From the IMG/VR virus record IMGVR_UViG_3300036981_000255, positions 34,617 through 98,616 of that record: a stretch of DNA of 64,000 bases. The stretch is one strand, 5' to 3'. The notes beneath the pieces were generated by a model, which saw nothing but the letters and a program-made list of their open reading frames with translations, searched no databases and had not been told where the DNA came from. Positions 18,285 to 27,979 of the stretch are shown here, one piece after another. The position numbers and the translations under genes are program-made. Positions within the stretch are counted from its first letter, which is position 1; each line of letters starts with the position of its first letter. Source of the stretch: a virus.

Positions 18285-19291
18285 TGGCAAATAGCGATTT
18301 GGTTGGAAAAATGTGGAAAATTCCAAGTCCATATTTATCAAAATTAAGAGAAAAATTGAACAATCATCAAGGTGATAAACACGTTGAAGGGTACACTCGA
18401 CTTCAAAATCTTTTGCAAAGTGGTAAAATATCTTACGAGAATTTGAAGAATGTGAAACACATTCTGGACAAGAATATAAAAAATGAAACTATCTACGAAT
18501 TAAATGGCGGTAAAGATTTTCACCGATGGATTAACGACCAACTATCAGTTGCAAGAAATAGTATTGAAAGCGGAAAGAAAATTCAGAAAGATGTTGGAAA
18601 TCAGAACGCATACAAGAAACCTCACGAAAAAGATTCAACAAACAAAGGGAAAGTTCGTACAGCAAGACTCGACAAATCTACAAGTTCAAAAGACATTTAT
18701 AACAATAATGTGAACTATGAATCTGTTCAAAGGTCATCTATTAAAATTGTAATATCTGAAAGTCAATATCGTCAACTTTTCCAAGAATCAAATGATATTC
18801 CAATTAGCCCATCAGTTATTAACGAAATATTGAAAGGTTATATTCAAGCTGCGCTATGGCTTGAAAAGGAAAGATTGGAGGAAGATTTTAATTCTATCAT
18901 GGGTTATGACGATGAAGATGACTATGACTATGAAGAATCCGAAGAGACTAATGAACTTCAAAAGTTGATTAAAATGTCAGCAGATATCAATAAAAAATCT
19001 TTTGATAGTTTTATGGCACAGGATATGGATTCAAATTCAAAAATTCAAGCCTATTTGGACATTAAAGATTTTATAAAATCTGCTGGAATGGATGCAATCA
19101 ACGAAGTTTTAGAAACAGACGGAGCAAATGACTTAGGAATGGATATTTGGCTCACAAGAAATCGTCATGGTGCAGGTTTTTTTGACCGAACTTACGACCA
19201 TGAATCGGAATTAATGGATGCAGCTCATAAATTAGGCGAAGTTGACCTATATATTGGGGACGATTTGTTATTATATTTTAGCAATATTTAG
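18284..19291 (+). CDS. two-domain protein with an internal copy of the leader motif
   Basis: Internal IKIVISESQYRQLFQES precedes a domain with YIQAALW and DIWLTRNRHGAGFFDR. Confidence 0.65.
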   Translation: MANSDLVGKMWKIPSPYLSKLREKLNNHQGDKHVEGYTRLQNLLQSGKISYENLKNVKHILDKNIKNETIYELNGGKDFHRWINDQLSVARNSIESGKKIQKDVGNQNAYKKPHEKDSTNKGKVRTARLDKSTSSKDIYNNNVNYESVQRSSIKIVISESQYRQLFQESNDIPISPSVINEILKGYIQAALWLEKERLEEDFNSIMGYDDEDDYDYEESEETNELQKLIKMSADINKKSFDSFMAQDMDSNSKIQAYLDIKDFIKSAGMDAINEVLETDGANDLGMDIWLTRNRHGAGFFDRTYDHESELMDAAHKLGEVDLYIGDDLLLYFSNI

Positions 19292-19294
19292 AAA

Positions 19295-19897
19295 ATGAAA
19301 ATAATATTAACCGAAAATCAATATAATTCACTATTCAACGAAATCTATTTTTCCACTTTCAGTGAAAACCAACAAACGCCAGTAAACTGTGATTGCTGTC
19401 AATATTTTGATTTTGAATCTTTGATGCAATATGGTGGCTTCGAGCATCCCATTTATTATCTTATCAATAAACGTGAGACTAATGACCTTCAATTCATGTC
19501 TCCTGATGATTATATAAAATCCATTGCCAAAGCATCAAACCTTTCGACTTCTGAAATAGTAAATTCAAATGTTGTTTTTCAACAAAAAATAGATAAATAT
19601 GCCGAGTTGATGCGAAACGGCACTAAGTTCCCTATCGGTTTTTATACAATTGGTAAATCTTATCAAGAAGGTCGTCATCGAACCTTGGCAGCAAAACAAA
19701 TTGGTTGTTTATCAATACCTATGGTAAGGATTGTAAAAAATATTTCAACAAAAGATGTTGAGAAAGTCGTAAGAGGTTTGATTGGAAAGTCAAGAGAAGT
19801 GGTCAATCAAATGTATGTCGATAAGGGCTTTAAAGGGATTACAGATTTGGATTGGCGAGAATTAAACAATTATCAAAAATATTACTTAAATCAATAA
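19295..19897 (+). CDS. leader-tagged ParB/Srx-like domain protein
   Basis: MKIILTENQYNSLFNE; KIDKYAELMR.G.KFP...QEGRHR.LAA...G...IP. Confidence 0.6.
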   Translation: MKIILTENQYNSLFNEIYFSTFSENQQTPVNCDCCQYFDFESLMQYGGFEHPIYYLINKRETNDLQFMSPDDYIKSIAKASNLSTSEIVNSNVVFQQKIDKYAELMRNGTKFPIGFYTIGKSYQEGRHRTLAAKQIGCLSIPMVRIVKNISTKDVEKVVRGLIGKSREVVNQMYVDKGFKGITDLDWRELNNYQKYYLNQ

Positions 19898-19899
19898 AA

Positions 19900-20373
19900 A
19901 TGAAAATATTTCTGAACGAAAGTCAATATAAAGTGTTATTTGAAAATTCTGCAACTAAAACAAAACTCAAAGGTTTAAAACCTATGGGAGTTTATATGAA
20001 AGCAGCATTTGATTCTGGGTATGATGAAGAATCAATGGCAAAAATGCAAATCAATAGATTTTTGAGCCGTCTAACAAATTTGCCAGAAGTTGTAACGTTA
20101 TATCGAGTTGTTTTTGTTGATGATGAATCAAAGATTGACCATGTAAACATTGGTGAACATTATGGTGTCAATGAGCGAAACCTTTTAGCAAGCCATTACA
20201 GACAATCACACGTTGGAGGTGGAAAACCATTCTTGTTAACAGTCAAAGCAGATAGAAATCTTGTGAATTTCCATGAAACTCTTTTGAATAATATCATCTA
20301 TCCACATGAAAACGAGATTACTTTGAAGAACAATGGACGTGGTGCAAATATTGTGAAAATTAAACCGTTGTAA
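19900..20373 (+). CDS. leader-tagged ADP-ribosyltransferase-like protein
   Basis: True start ATG 19900, MKIFLNESQYKVLFEN; VTLYRVV, IGEHY, YPHENEI (R...ExE pattern). Confidence 0.55.
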   Translation: MKIFLNESQYKVLFENSATKTKLKGLKPMGVYMKAAFDSGYDEESMAKMQINRFLSRLTNLPEVVTLYRVVFVDDESKIDHVNIGEHYGVNERNLLASHYRQSHVGGGKPFLLTVKADRNLVNFHETLLNNIIYPHENEITLKNNGRGANIVKIKPL

Positions 20374-20374
20374 A

Positions 20375-21601
20375 TCAACCAATTCTAATATTTAAGTCTA
20401 ACAAAGATTCCATATTAAAATTCAAAAGTTTTTTCACCATATCATCTTGTGATGTTGGAAGTCCGTGGTATGGATGAACATGGTTTGCAATGACGTTCTT
20501 TAGAAGATTCAAAAAATCCACAAGATTATCACCATAAACCATTGGATGTGCAGTAGAGTTGATTTCTAATTGCGTTGCATCATCAATTTGCTTCTCTGGG
20601 TCTGTTAAGTTATAGTTTTTTGCGCTTTTATGTGACAGAAGATTTAATTTTTCTGCCACAAGATTCATCACAGAACCTGCGAATTGGTCATATTCATTGG
20701 CTTTTTTATCTTCTACTTGTTGTTTGACAATCTTTTGATTGTTAGGGAAAATCGTTGGCTCACTTGCAAGTTCTTGCTCGGATGTGTTCAAATTCCATTT
20801 AACGTATGTGCGTTGAAAGTCTTTAATTTTTCTCTTAGTTGCACTAATCAATTCCTCACGACTTGCATAACCTTGATTGAAATTTTCTTCAATAAAATTG
20901 TCAGATAGGCGAATGACTTTAATCATCAGACGATTTTGACTGTCACTTGTGATGTTAATGTTATGGGTCGCAGGAATATTTTCAACCTTTGTGATTGTTT
21001 TGAAAGTCTTTTGATTGGATGCGTTTTCAATTCCATAACGCATTTGAATAAAAACAGGGTCTTTACGATTGAATGAGGTTGGTTTATCCTTTTCATGCTT
21101 ACCTGCTCGAATCAAAACCTCACTATCTTTGAAAATTAAGTCTGTATTTTTACGTCCCTGCAACCCAATTTGGTCTTTGGTGAGATATGTACCTTTAGCA
21201 GTTGGAATTTCTGAAATTGGCGTTCCACGTTCTACCCAACCATCAGACTCGTTAGATGTTGCTGTGTAATAGAATGGGTCAAAGTCAAGATTTTCAATTT
21301 GAGAAATGGTGATAGCAAGATAATAACGCTTCTCTTGATTTGTTGTTTTATCAGCATTATAGATTCTATCTAAGACAACGGCAACTCTTTCCCCAACTTT
21401 AGGAACAAAATGCAAAAATGGGCTTGTTAATGGATAACAAGGTGGCAAATCAGCATTCTCTACCCTTTTGTCAAAGTCTGGAATCCGAACTTTGATTTGT
21501 CTTGTCTCATAAGGGTCTGTAATGTCAACAACTTCACCGAAATATATAATCCTTTCTGAAAGTTGAACATCATTAGGTGAAAAGGAATCTGGTCTGCCCA
21601 T
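20375..21601 (-). CDS. baseplate central spike (gp5/VgrG OB-fold)
   Basis: GEVVDITDP..RQIKVRIP, PKVGERVAV; C-terminal HVH metal-binding motif. Confidence 0.75.
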   Translation of the reverse strand: MGRPDSFSPNDVQLSERIIYFGEVVDITDPYETRQIKVRIPDFDKRVENADLPPCYPLTSPFLHFVPKVGERVAVVLDRIYNADKTTNQEKRYYLAITISQIENLDFDPFYYTATSNESDGWVERGTPISEIPTAKGTYLTKDQIGLQGRKNTDLIFKDSEVLIRAGKHEKDKPTSFNRKDPVFIQMRYGIENASNQKTFKTITKVENIPATHNINITSDSQNRLMIKVIRLSDNFIEENFNQGYASREELISATKRKIKDFQRTYVKWNLNTSEQELASEPTIFPNNQKIVKQQVEDKKANEYDQFAGSVMNLVAEKLNLLSHKSAKNYNLTDPEKQIDDATQLEINSTAHPMVYGDNLVDFLNLLKNVIANHVHPYHGLPTSQDDMVKKLLNFNMESLLDLNIRIG

Positions 21602-21614
21602 TGTTGTAAATACT

Positions 21615-21830
21615 TTAGTAATAATATCTTAAATCTATCTTCAAACCGTCCAATCTATGAATAAATTCACTTGTCAACAACCGTTCTTTAAAAAAGACTG
21701 TATTTTTAGTGCCATCCTTAAATTTAACAGATGGCACTCTGTTGTCAAATTCTTTTGAAACTTTTTCTATTTCGGCTTCAACTGTTTCGATAGAGATAAA
21801 ACCGAATTTAAGCATTATTTTTTTAAACAT
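21615..21830 (-). CDS. hypothetical protein
   Basis: 71-aa ORF. Confidence 0.5.
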   Translation of the reverse strand: MFKKIMLKFGFISIETVEAEIEKVSKEFDNRVPSVKFKDGTKNTVFFKERLLTSEFIHRLDGLKIDLRYYY

Positions 21831-21850
21831 GACTTATGTTTTTATTTTAG

Positions 21851-22015
21851 CTATTTACTATACTTCCATTTAAGGTATTCTTCACGTGTTTCAAAGCCAT
21901 TATCTTTAGCTTCTTGAACCAGTAATCTGTCTAAGAAATCTCTACATATTAAACTAGCCCTTGGTCTAATCCCAATCGGAAATTGTGGTGTTGGCGGTGT
22001 CACATTTTGTTCCAT
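21851..22015 (-). CDS. small hypothetical protein (54 aa, below the ORF-track cutoff)
   Basis: MEQNVTPPTPQFPIGIRPRASL...KWKYSK fills the gap in a same-strand run. Confidence 0.45.
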   Translation of the reverse strand: MEQNVTPPTPQFPIGIRPRASLICRDFLDRLLVQEAKDNGFETREEYLKWKYSK

Positions 22016-22020
22016 AATAA

Positions 22021-22236
22021 TTAATTCAAGTTAGGTTTCAAAATAGCATCAATAGACTTCAAAACGTCTTTTGACCTTTCAACGTTTTCGTTTGATGCGA
22101 AGCCATTATCTACAAATTTTTGTAGATAATTGAGCAGCATTTGTTGTTGGATTTTCCATTCTTCTAATTCTCCGACATTTAGTAGTTGGATTGTCTCATT
22201 TATCTCGTTTGAGATTTCCTCTTCTTCGCTAATCAT
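22021..22236 (-). CDS. hypothetical protein
   Basis: 71 aa; ATGA overlap with the upstream ORF. Confidence 0.55.
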   Translation of the reverse strand: MISEEEEISNEINETIQLLNVGELEEWKIQQQMLLNYLQKFVDNGFASNENVERSKDVLKSIDAILKPNLN

Positions 22237-22517
22237 AATTGTTTGTTTATTTCATTATATAAAGCTGCTTTTTCTTTGACTTTCGAAATTTCTTCTATTT
22301 CAAACTCATCTGACCCTCCAAATAATGGGTATTTTGTATATAAAATCTTCCCTACTCCGTCTACTACGAATTGGATACTCCCAAGACACATCCCAACAGT
22401 GAAACTCTTAACAGTTTTAAATACGTCATAGATTTTCCCTTGTTTATCATAAGCAATTAAATCTTCACATTTTTCAATGTCTTGTAATTGACCGTTGATT
22501 TCTACTTGTTTTTTCAC
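22233..22517 (-). CDS. hypothetical protein
   Basis: 94 aa, GTG start, downstream of the conserved 57-bp element. Confidence 0.55.
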   Translation of the reverse strand: MKKQVEINGQLQDIEKCEDLIAYDKQGKIYDVFKTVKSFTVGMCLGSIQFVVDGVGKILYTKYPLFGGSDEFEIEEISKVKEKAALYNEINKQL

Positions 22518-22543
22518 TTTATTAAAATTTAATGATTAAAAAA

Positions 22544-22600
22544 TAAACCTTTCATAAGATTCTAAAACTAGAACCAAAAGATTTTCAATAAAGTTCCTTT
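22544..22600 (-). promoter_or_regulatory. conserved ~57-bp upstream element, copy 1
   Basis: Homologous to 26933-26990; sense GGAACTT-N16-GTT...TAGAATCTTATGAAA. Confidence 0.6.
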
Positions 22601-23141
22601 AGATAAAATCTTTTTCATCGACATAAGAATAATCTATTGATGTTTTTAATTGTGGTAAGCCAACATTTAATGCTGATACAACTCTATGATGACCATCTGT
22701 AACAACCCAAGCATATCTTCCTAAATCATCTTCTGTTATTTTTTCACCACTCAAAAAATATTTAAACCTTTCAATGTCACCTTCATCAATAATGATAGGG
22801 TAGCCTTTTATTGGTGGGAAGTCATGCTCCATCATTTTTAATCTCATTTCATCAGAATATTTTTCTATTTTATCAGATGAAATGGGATTGGCAAAAGCAG
22901 ATATTACATAATCTGGTGAAATCCATCCTCTGTTTTTTAAAGGTTCGTCAAATGTTGGCTCATCAGTTTTTTTCACTAAACTTTTATGTATCCAAGAACC
23001 TTTAGGAAAATTATTATTTTTAAAAAAATATTGGGTATCCGTTTTATCTAAAATCTTACCGTAATTGGTATTATCTCCAATATTTGCGTTTTCGTTCAAA
23101 TATTCTCTTATAGTGGTCGCTACAAACTTTCTTAGTCCCAT
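22599..23141 (-). CDS. leader-tagged ParB/Srx-like domain protein
   Basis: MGLRKFVATTIREYLNE; KIEKY...FPPI...VTDGHHRVVSAL; TATTTATA at 23157-23164. Confidence 0.6.
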   Translation of the reverse strand: MGLRKFVATTIREYLNENANIGDNTNYGKILDKTDTQYFFKNNNFPKGSWIHKSLVKKTDEPTFDEPLKNRGWISPDYVISAFANPISSDKIEKYSDEMRLKMMEHDFPPIKGYPIIIDEGDIERFKYFLSGEKITEDDLGRYAWVVTDGHHRVVSALNVGLPQLKTSIDYSYVDEKDFI

Positions 23142-23169
23142 ATTTATTCAATTTATTATAAATATTGAA

Positions 23170-23559
23170 CTAACTAATAACACCAGTTCCAGTAGCAAAA
23201 TTAATGGTTGCGCCTTGCACTACAACAGAACCGACAGGACACACCCCTGTGGCTGTTAGCGGAATACCTGCTGGAATTACAATTGTTAATCTAGCGTCTT
23301 CAAGGATAGCTCTGACGATTTCTTCAATACGAATGCGTTCCATTTTTTCTGTAACGCTTTCAGAGCCATCTGGTAAGTTGCCAATAGGCGCACCAGCTTC
23401 TTGTTGCCTTGTGATAATTTTTTTAGCAATGCTTCTTGCAGACAATCCAACACGACTAAAGCCACCACTTAAAATCAAAGGTGGTGGCACAGGAAGGGCT
23501 GACGATGTGTTTGTTGCGATTACCGCTTGTACGATTTGTACTATTTCTTCGGTTGTCAT
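23170..23559 (-). CDS. probable structural (baseplate-associated) protein
   Basis: PVPPPLIL..G..R.GLSA..IA..II.RQ.EAG.P.G; G/V/T-rich C-terminus. Confidence 0.5.
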   Translation of the reverse strand: MTTEEIVQIVQAVIATNTSSALPVPPPLILSGGFSRVGLSARSIAKKIITRQQEAGAPIGNLPDGSESVTEKMERIRIEEIVRAILEDARLTIVIPAGIPLTATGVCPVGSVVVQGATINFATGTGVIS

Positions 23560-23906
23560 TGTTTAAATTCGTTTAAAACAGTTTCAATTTTACTTAGATT
23601 TTCGCCAGAAATTGAAGAAGTTTCATCATCACCATTTTCAGATAATACCCTAATCATGCAAAATTTTGCAAAATTTAACTTGTCTTGAGAATTTGATTTT
23701 AAATATGATGATAATTCTTTAAATCTATTGATTAATTCACTGAAAATCATGTCTGTATCTTTGACATTAGCTGGAACTCGCATTGTAAAACTTTGACCGC
23801 CTGTATCGCATAATCGTTTTAATTCTTCCAAAGCCAATTCTATGAGTTCGTTGTTTGTCATATTGACTCGTGCTTCGTCAAAAATTTCTGTTAATGTTTT
23901 TTGCAT
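23556..23906 (-). CDS. hypothetical protein
   Basis: 116 aa, overlapping junction. Confidence 0.55.
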   Translation of the reverse strand: MQKTLTEIFDEARVNMTNNELIELALEELKRLCDTGGQSFTMRVPANVKDTDMIFSELINRFKELSSYLKSNSQDKLNFAKFCMIRVLSENGDDETSSISGENLSKIETVLNEFKQ

Positions 23907-24057
23907 GTTTGTTATTATCTACTAAATTTTTTAGAATTATCTTTCGGATACAATACTTTCATCAATTTCTTCCACTCTTTGTCGGAAATATCTTTTGATG
24001 TTAAACTTGTATCATCAGAATTTGTCAAGTTTTTGTTTTCGTTGTCGGTCATTATTA

Positions 24058-24462
24058 TTAAATCAGTTTATTTTTTTCCCAATATTTTTTTATTTCTGGT
24101 GATTGCTTTATTGGTGAAGGTTTAATTTTTTCGCCAATAGCATCTTCAATAAATTTATATAAATATGTTGCTAACCCTAATCTTCGATACTCTGGTTGTA
24201 TTCGGATATTATCTAAATACACACCATCAAAATTAGAATCATAATCATTTAACGATGCCGACCCAACTTCACCAACACCATCAACTTCGATGACGAATTT
24301 TTTACTATGGTTAAGTTTCAAAAAATTATAAATCACACCATTAATATTTAACCTTTTCCATATTGAAATCATGTCTAAATCATCTTTATTTAAAGGCATA
24401 GATTCAAAACCTTCACTTATAGTGACATGTAATATTCCGTTTATAAATTTTCTTATGTTCAT
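24058..24462 (-). CDS. GNAT acetyltransferase with leader-like N-terminus
   Basis: VYLDNIRIQPEYRRLGLAT acetyl-CoA motif A; MNIRKFI...TISE. Confidence 0.75.
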   Translation of the reverse strand: MNIRKFINGILHVTISEGFESMPLNKDDLDMISIWKRLNINGVIYNFLKLNHSKKFVIEVDGVGEVGSASLNDYDSNFDGVYLDNIRIQPEYRRLGLATYLYKFIEDAIGEKIKPSPIKQSPEIKKYWEKNKLI

Positions 24463-24464
24463 AG

Positions 24465-25859
24465 TTACAATTTAGCAATCAAGTCTCGAATATTTGCAGG
24501 AACTCCAACCAATGACAAAATCTGTAACTGTTGATTTTTCACCATCTCCAATGACCTTCCAACTTGGTCTTCCAATATTAGTTGAGTTACATATTTGATA
24601 ACCAACTTCAAAAGAAATTCGACCAACAAAGGAAGCAGGGCATCTCTGATGATTTCAATAATAAATTGCGTATTTTGTTGCAAGAAATCATCAAATCCGA
24701 TAAATCCTATGGTGTTGGAAACTATTTTGAAATACGTGACGAACAAAAACATAATTTTTGGTGCAAACACAATATTCGCCAAGGCTTGCAGGATTCCTTT
24801 GAATAATTGCTCGAAGAAGTCTAAATTGCCATATTTTTGATTGGCTGGGTCAAGATTTTGTGTGGCTTGCGCAGATAACACCGAGAAACGATTGTCCAAA
24901 GTTGTTTTGATTTCTACCAAACTCGAAGTTGCCTGTAAAGCAACGTGAGTGTCATACAAATCGTCAAAATTAACAAAACTTGAGATATAATTACAATCCT
25001 TTAGAACTCTTCGTCCATTAGACCTTTCATCAATCCTTTGATTTATATAGTCCAAATCATCAGCCGTAAATGTGAAGTAACTATCGTCAATAATAGTGTC
25101 TGGAAGGTCAACTACTTTGTTCACAAGCGTTTGCAATTGAACTTCTGCTTGAATAGTCTGTGGACTTTTATTCAAAAATGCTGCTATCGTTCCAAAAATA
25201 GTGTCAAAAATATTATTGATTAATGTTGGCAACGTGAAAAGTACAATGCTGTCCACAAACGTATTGATAAAAGAGTTAACTGTTTTTCCAGTCCACGAAC
25301 TATCAATTTTGACGTTGAAAACGTTTGATTTTAATACACCATCAACGATTCCCTGTTGTTGAAAAGTTACAACCAAAAGACTTTTCCAAGTTCCATTGTT
25401 TCCTTGTAAAATCCCATGAAGAAATTTGTTCAAGTCTTGGTCGATATTGCCGTATATCATTTGACCTGCAACGGACGTTGGATTTACTTTCAGTATTTCA
25501 AAGAAATCTATTTGACTGACTGCAACGTTAAATCCAACACCAGAGCCGTCAATCAAAGAAGCAGGAATCAAGGCATCAATGCTACACGAAAACTTACTTT
25601 TCATGATTCGCTTCAACACTTTTTTGATATTTGCTTCGATTGTTGCAGTGTTATAAGTCAAAAAACGAATTAACTCTTCTTTGATTTGCTCAAATCCAAC
25701 GACTGTTTTCAATAAATCCAAAAGAAAATCTGTGGCATTCGCCTTATTGTTCAAAGAAGGAAACGAAGAACCAAAATCCAATTCTGGAAAGCCGTTGTTC
25801 AAGCTTTTTAAAGCCGAAACTTGATTTAATAAACTGCTTTTTTGGTCGAATAATGACAT
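24465..25859 (-). CDS. probable structural protein
   Basis: 464 aa, hydrophobic helical C-terminus, in the spike operon. Confidence 0.55.
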   Translation of the reverse strand: MSLFDQKSSLLNQVSALKSLNNGFPELDFGSSFPSLNNKANATDFLLDLLKTVVGFEQIKEELIRFLTYNTATIEANIKKVLKRIMKSKFSCSIDALIPASLIDGSGVGFNVAVSQIDFFEILKVNPTSVAGQMIYGNIDQDLNKFLHGILQGNNGTWKSLLVVTFQQQGIVDGVLKSNVFNVKIDSSWTGKTVNSFINTFVDSIVLFTLPTLINNIFDTIFGTIAAFLNKSPQTIQAEVQLQTLVNKVVDLPDTIIDDSYFTFTADDLDYINQRIDERSNGRRVLKDCNYISSFVNFDDLYDTHVALQATSSLVEIKTTLDNRFSVLSAQATQNLDPANQKYGNLDFFEQLFKGILQALANIVFAPKIMFLFVTYFKIVSNTIGFIGFDDFLQQNTQFIIEIIRDALLPLLVEFLLKLVIKYVTQLILEDQVGRSLEMVKNQQLQILSLVGVPANIRDLIAKL

Positions 25860-25916
25860 TGGTTATTATTTATTTACTACCTGTTGCAAGTTTTGTGTTT
25901 TTAGTGAATAAAATTA

Positions 25917-26903
25917 TTATACCCATAAGATTCGTGTATGGGTGTCTTTTGAAATTTTTTCTTCTGTTAATTTTCCATTTTTTGAAATAGTTATTGTTTG
26001 AAGTTGCATATTATCAGAACACTCTAAATGTGTTAATTCAAGGTTGTTTGATAAATCAAGGTTTTCTAAAGAATTTTTACAACATACTAAAAACCTAAGT
26101 TTCAAATTTTTCGTTAAATCTAAAGATTTTAATTTATTTTCATTACAACATAACACTTCGAGTTCAAGGTTATTCAAAGTGTTTAACTTTTTTAAAGAAT
26201 TATAATTAACGCTTAGTTTGATTAGGTTTGTATTTTCACTTAAATCAATATCTGTTAAGAAATTGGAATTAACATCTAATGAATATAAAATTTTATTTTT
26301 CGACACATCAAGAGATTCTAATTGATTGTTAGTGCAACACAATATTTCCAAGTTAACATTATTAGAAACATTGATTTCTTCTAATAAATTATTAGAACAA
26401 GATAACCACGTTAAGTTTAAACTCCCCTCCACATTGATTCTTTTTAATCTGTTATGTGAACAGAATATTTTTTTAAGATTAACTAACAAATGGAAATTTT
26501 CTGGAAAAGACTTTAAGTATTTATATGAAAAATCCAATTCTTTGATACTGGTAATCCAATCAACTTGTTCTTGTAAATCCCAAGATTTTATGTTAATTCC
26601 AATTGTATCAAATAATTCGATAATGTCTTGGTAATCTGATTGTTTTTTATCTGTTTTTTCCGAAATTAACTTTTTTATAAATGAGGGTTGAGTTAAGTTG
26701 GAATTTTTTGAAACATAAATTATTTCGTAATCTTTTTCTGAAATAAAAGTGGACATTCCAATATTTTCACAAACAGTAAATTTACCATCTTCCATAAAAC
26801 CTTGATATGGTAAATTTTCAAAGAAAACCTTCCCTTTTTTAAAGTTGTTGGAAAAATTGACTACATTGTTTAATAAAATTATTCCTTTTACTAATTTATT
26901 CAT
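25917..26903 (-). CDS. leucine-rich repeat protein (internalin-like)
   Basis: Repeated L..L.C..N.L..LD(V/L)S.N 21-aa units. Confidence 0.85.
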   Translation of the reverse strand: MNKLVKGIILLNNVVNFSNNFKKGKVFFENLPYQGFMEDGKFTVCENIGMSTFISEKDYEIIYVSKNSNLTQPSFIKKLISEKTDKKQSDYQDIIELFDTIGINIKSWDLQEQVDWITSIKELDFSYKYLKSFPENFHLLVNLKKIFCSHNRLKRINVEGSLNLTWLSCSNNLLEEINVSNNVNLEILCCTNNQLESLDVSKNKILYSLDVNSNFLTDIDLSENTNLIKLSVNYNSLKKLNTLNNLELEVLCCNENKLKSLDLTKNLKLRFLVCCKNSLENLDLSNNLELTHLECSDNMQLQTITISKNGKLTEEKISKDTHTRILWV

Positions 26904-26932
26904 TATTTTAGTTGTTTTTTATTGTTAAAAAT

Positions 26933-26990
26933 TAAACATTTCATAAGATTCTACAACTTTAAACCATTAGATTTCAAATTAAGTTCCTTT
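26933..26990 (-). promoter_or_regulatory. conserved ~57-bp upstream element, copy 2
   Basis: Homologous to 22544-22600. Confidence 0.6.
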
Positions 26991-27011
26991 GAACACGTAT
27001 AATACAGCAAA

Positions 27012-27410
27012 CTATTTTTTAGGTGTCAATTGTGATAAATCATAAACGTTTTCTTTCTTACGATTGTCAGCCATCAAACGAATTTCATTAATGTCCAATG
27101 ATGATAGACCAATCTTTGAATCATCTGTATCATCGTTGTCAGCAACTACTTGTGATTTTGACGTTATCAATTTGGCTTGAATCTGAAGAAGTTTTGTTTT
27201 TTTGTCCAAAATATCATTTAAAAGTCGCATGGAATCGTTTTCCAATTTCCCAAGGTTACATAATTCATCAATGTCTGTTGGCGCAAACAATTTGCCACGT
27301 TTGTCCATTGTGTCTGTAATGATTTTTTTCTGTTCATCACAGTCAATAAAAACCTCTTGCATTGCTTCTAACAATGATTCAGTGTTGTCTTCGAGTTTTC
27401 GTTTTGCCAT
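27012..27410 (-). CDS. hypothetical coiled-coil protein (start MAKRK)
   Basis: ATG at 27410, 4 nt after the previous stop. Confidence 0.6.
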   Translation of the reverse strand: MAKRKLEDNTESLLEAMQEVFIDCDEQKKIITDTMDKRGKLFAPTDIDELCNLGKLENDSMRLLNDILDKKTKLLQIQAKLITSKSQVVADNDDTDDSKIGLSSLDINEIRLMADNRKKENVYDLSQLTPKK

Positions 27411-27414
27411 TTTT

Positions 27415-27936
27415 TTATTTAATTGGAATAAAATAGTCTTTTTGAAACGGGATTTCAGTTGAATTTTGAATAGTTGGAATAACAACCACATTACTTGGTG
27501 AAATTGTAATGAAAGGTTCTAGTATTTCGTCTGCGCCATAATTGAAAAGACCAAAATTTATCTTTTTTATTTTGCTACTTTCAACCAAAAACTTTTGAAC
27601 CACCACGCCAGTTGGGTCACATAAATCAATTTCAATAACAAACGATTGGTCACCATATTGTTGAACAAATTTATCTAAAATTGTGATTGTTGGTGGAGCA
27701 ATAAATGCTCTAAAGTGAATTGTAATATCAGCCCAGTTATTATCGTTATATTCAATTGGTGATAATTTAGAAACCGACCATGGAGGTAAATCAACATCTG
27801 CTGGAAATCTCACAATAAATCTATTGGCTTGCATTGGTTCGTAAAGATGAAATAAACCTGCGCTGTGCTTTTCCTTATAACTTTTACTAAAAAAACCTTT
27901 GATTTTCTGGAATATCTTTTGTACCATTGTTTGCAT
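27415..27936 (-). CDS. divergent tail-tube paralog
   Basis: YEPMQANRFIVRFP.DV, W..I.I.FR.FIAP, DPTGVVVQK, FG.F.YG align with 6872..7363; TATTTATA at 27941-27948. Confidence 0.8.
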   Translation of the reverse strand: MQTMVQKIFQKIKGFFSKSYKEKHSAGLFHLYEPMQANRFIVRFPADVDLPPWSVSKLSPIEYNDNNWADITIHFRAFIAPPTITILDKFVQQYGDQSFVIEIDLCDPTGVVVQKFLVESSKIKKINFGLFNYGADEILEPFITISPSNVVVIPTIQNSTEIPFQKDYFIPIK

Positions 27937-27979
27937 TTGTTATAAATATTTGTTCCAATTGTTTTTGTTTGTGTAAAAA

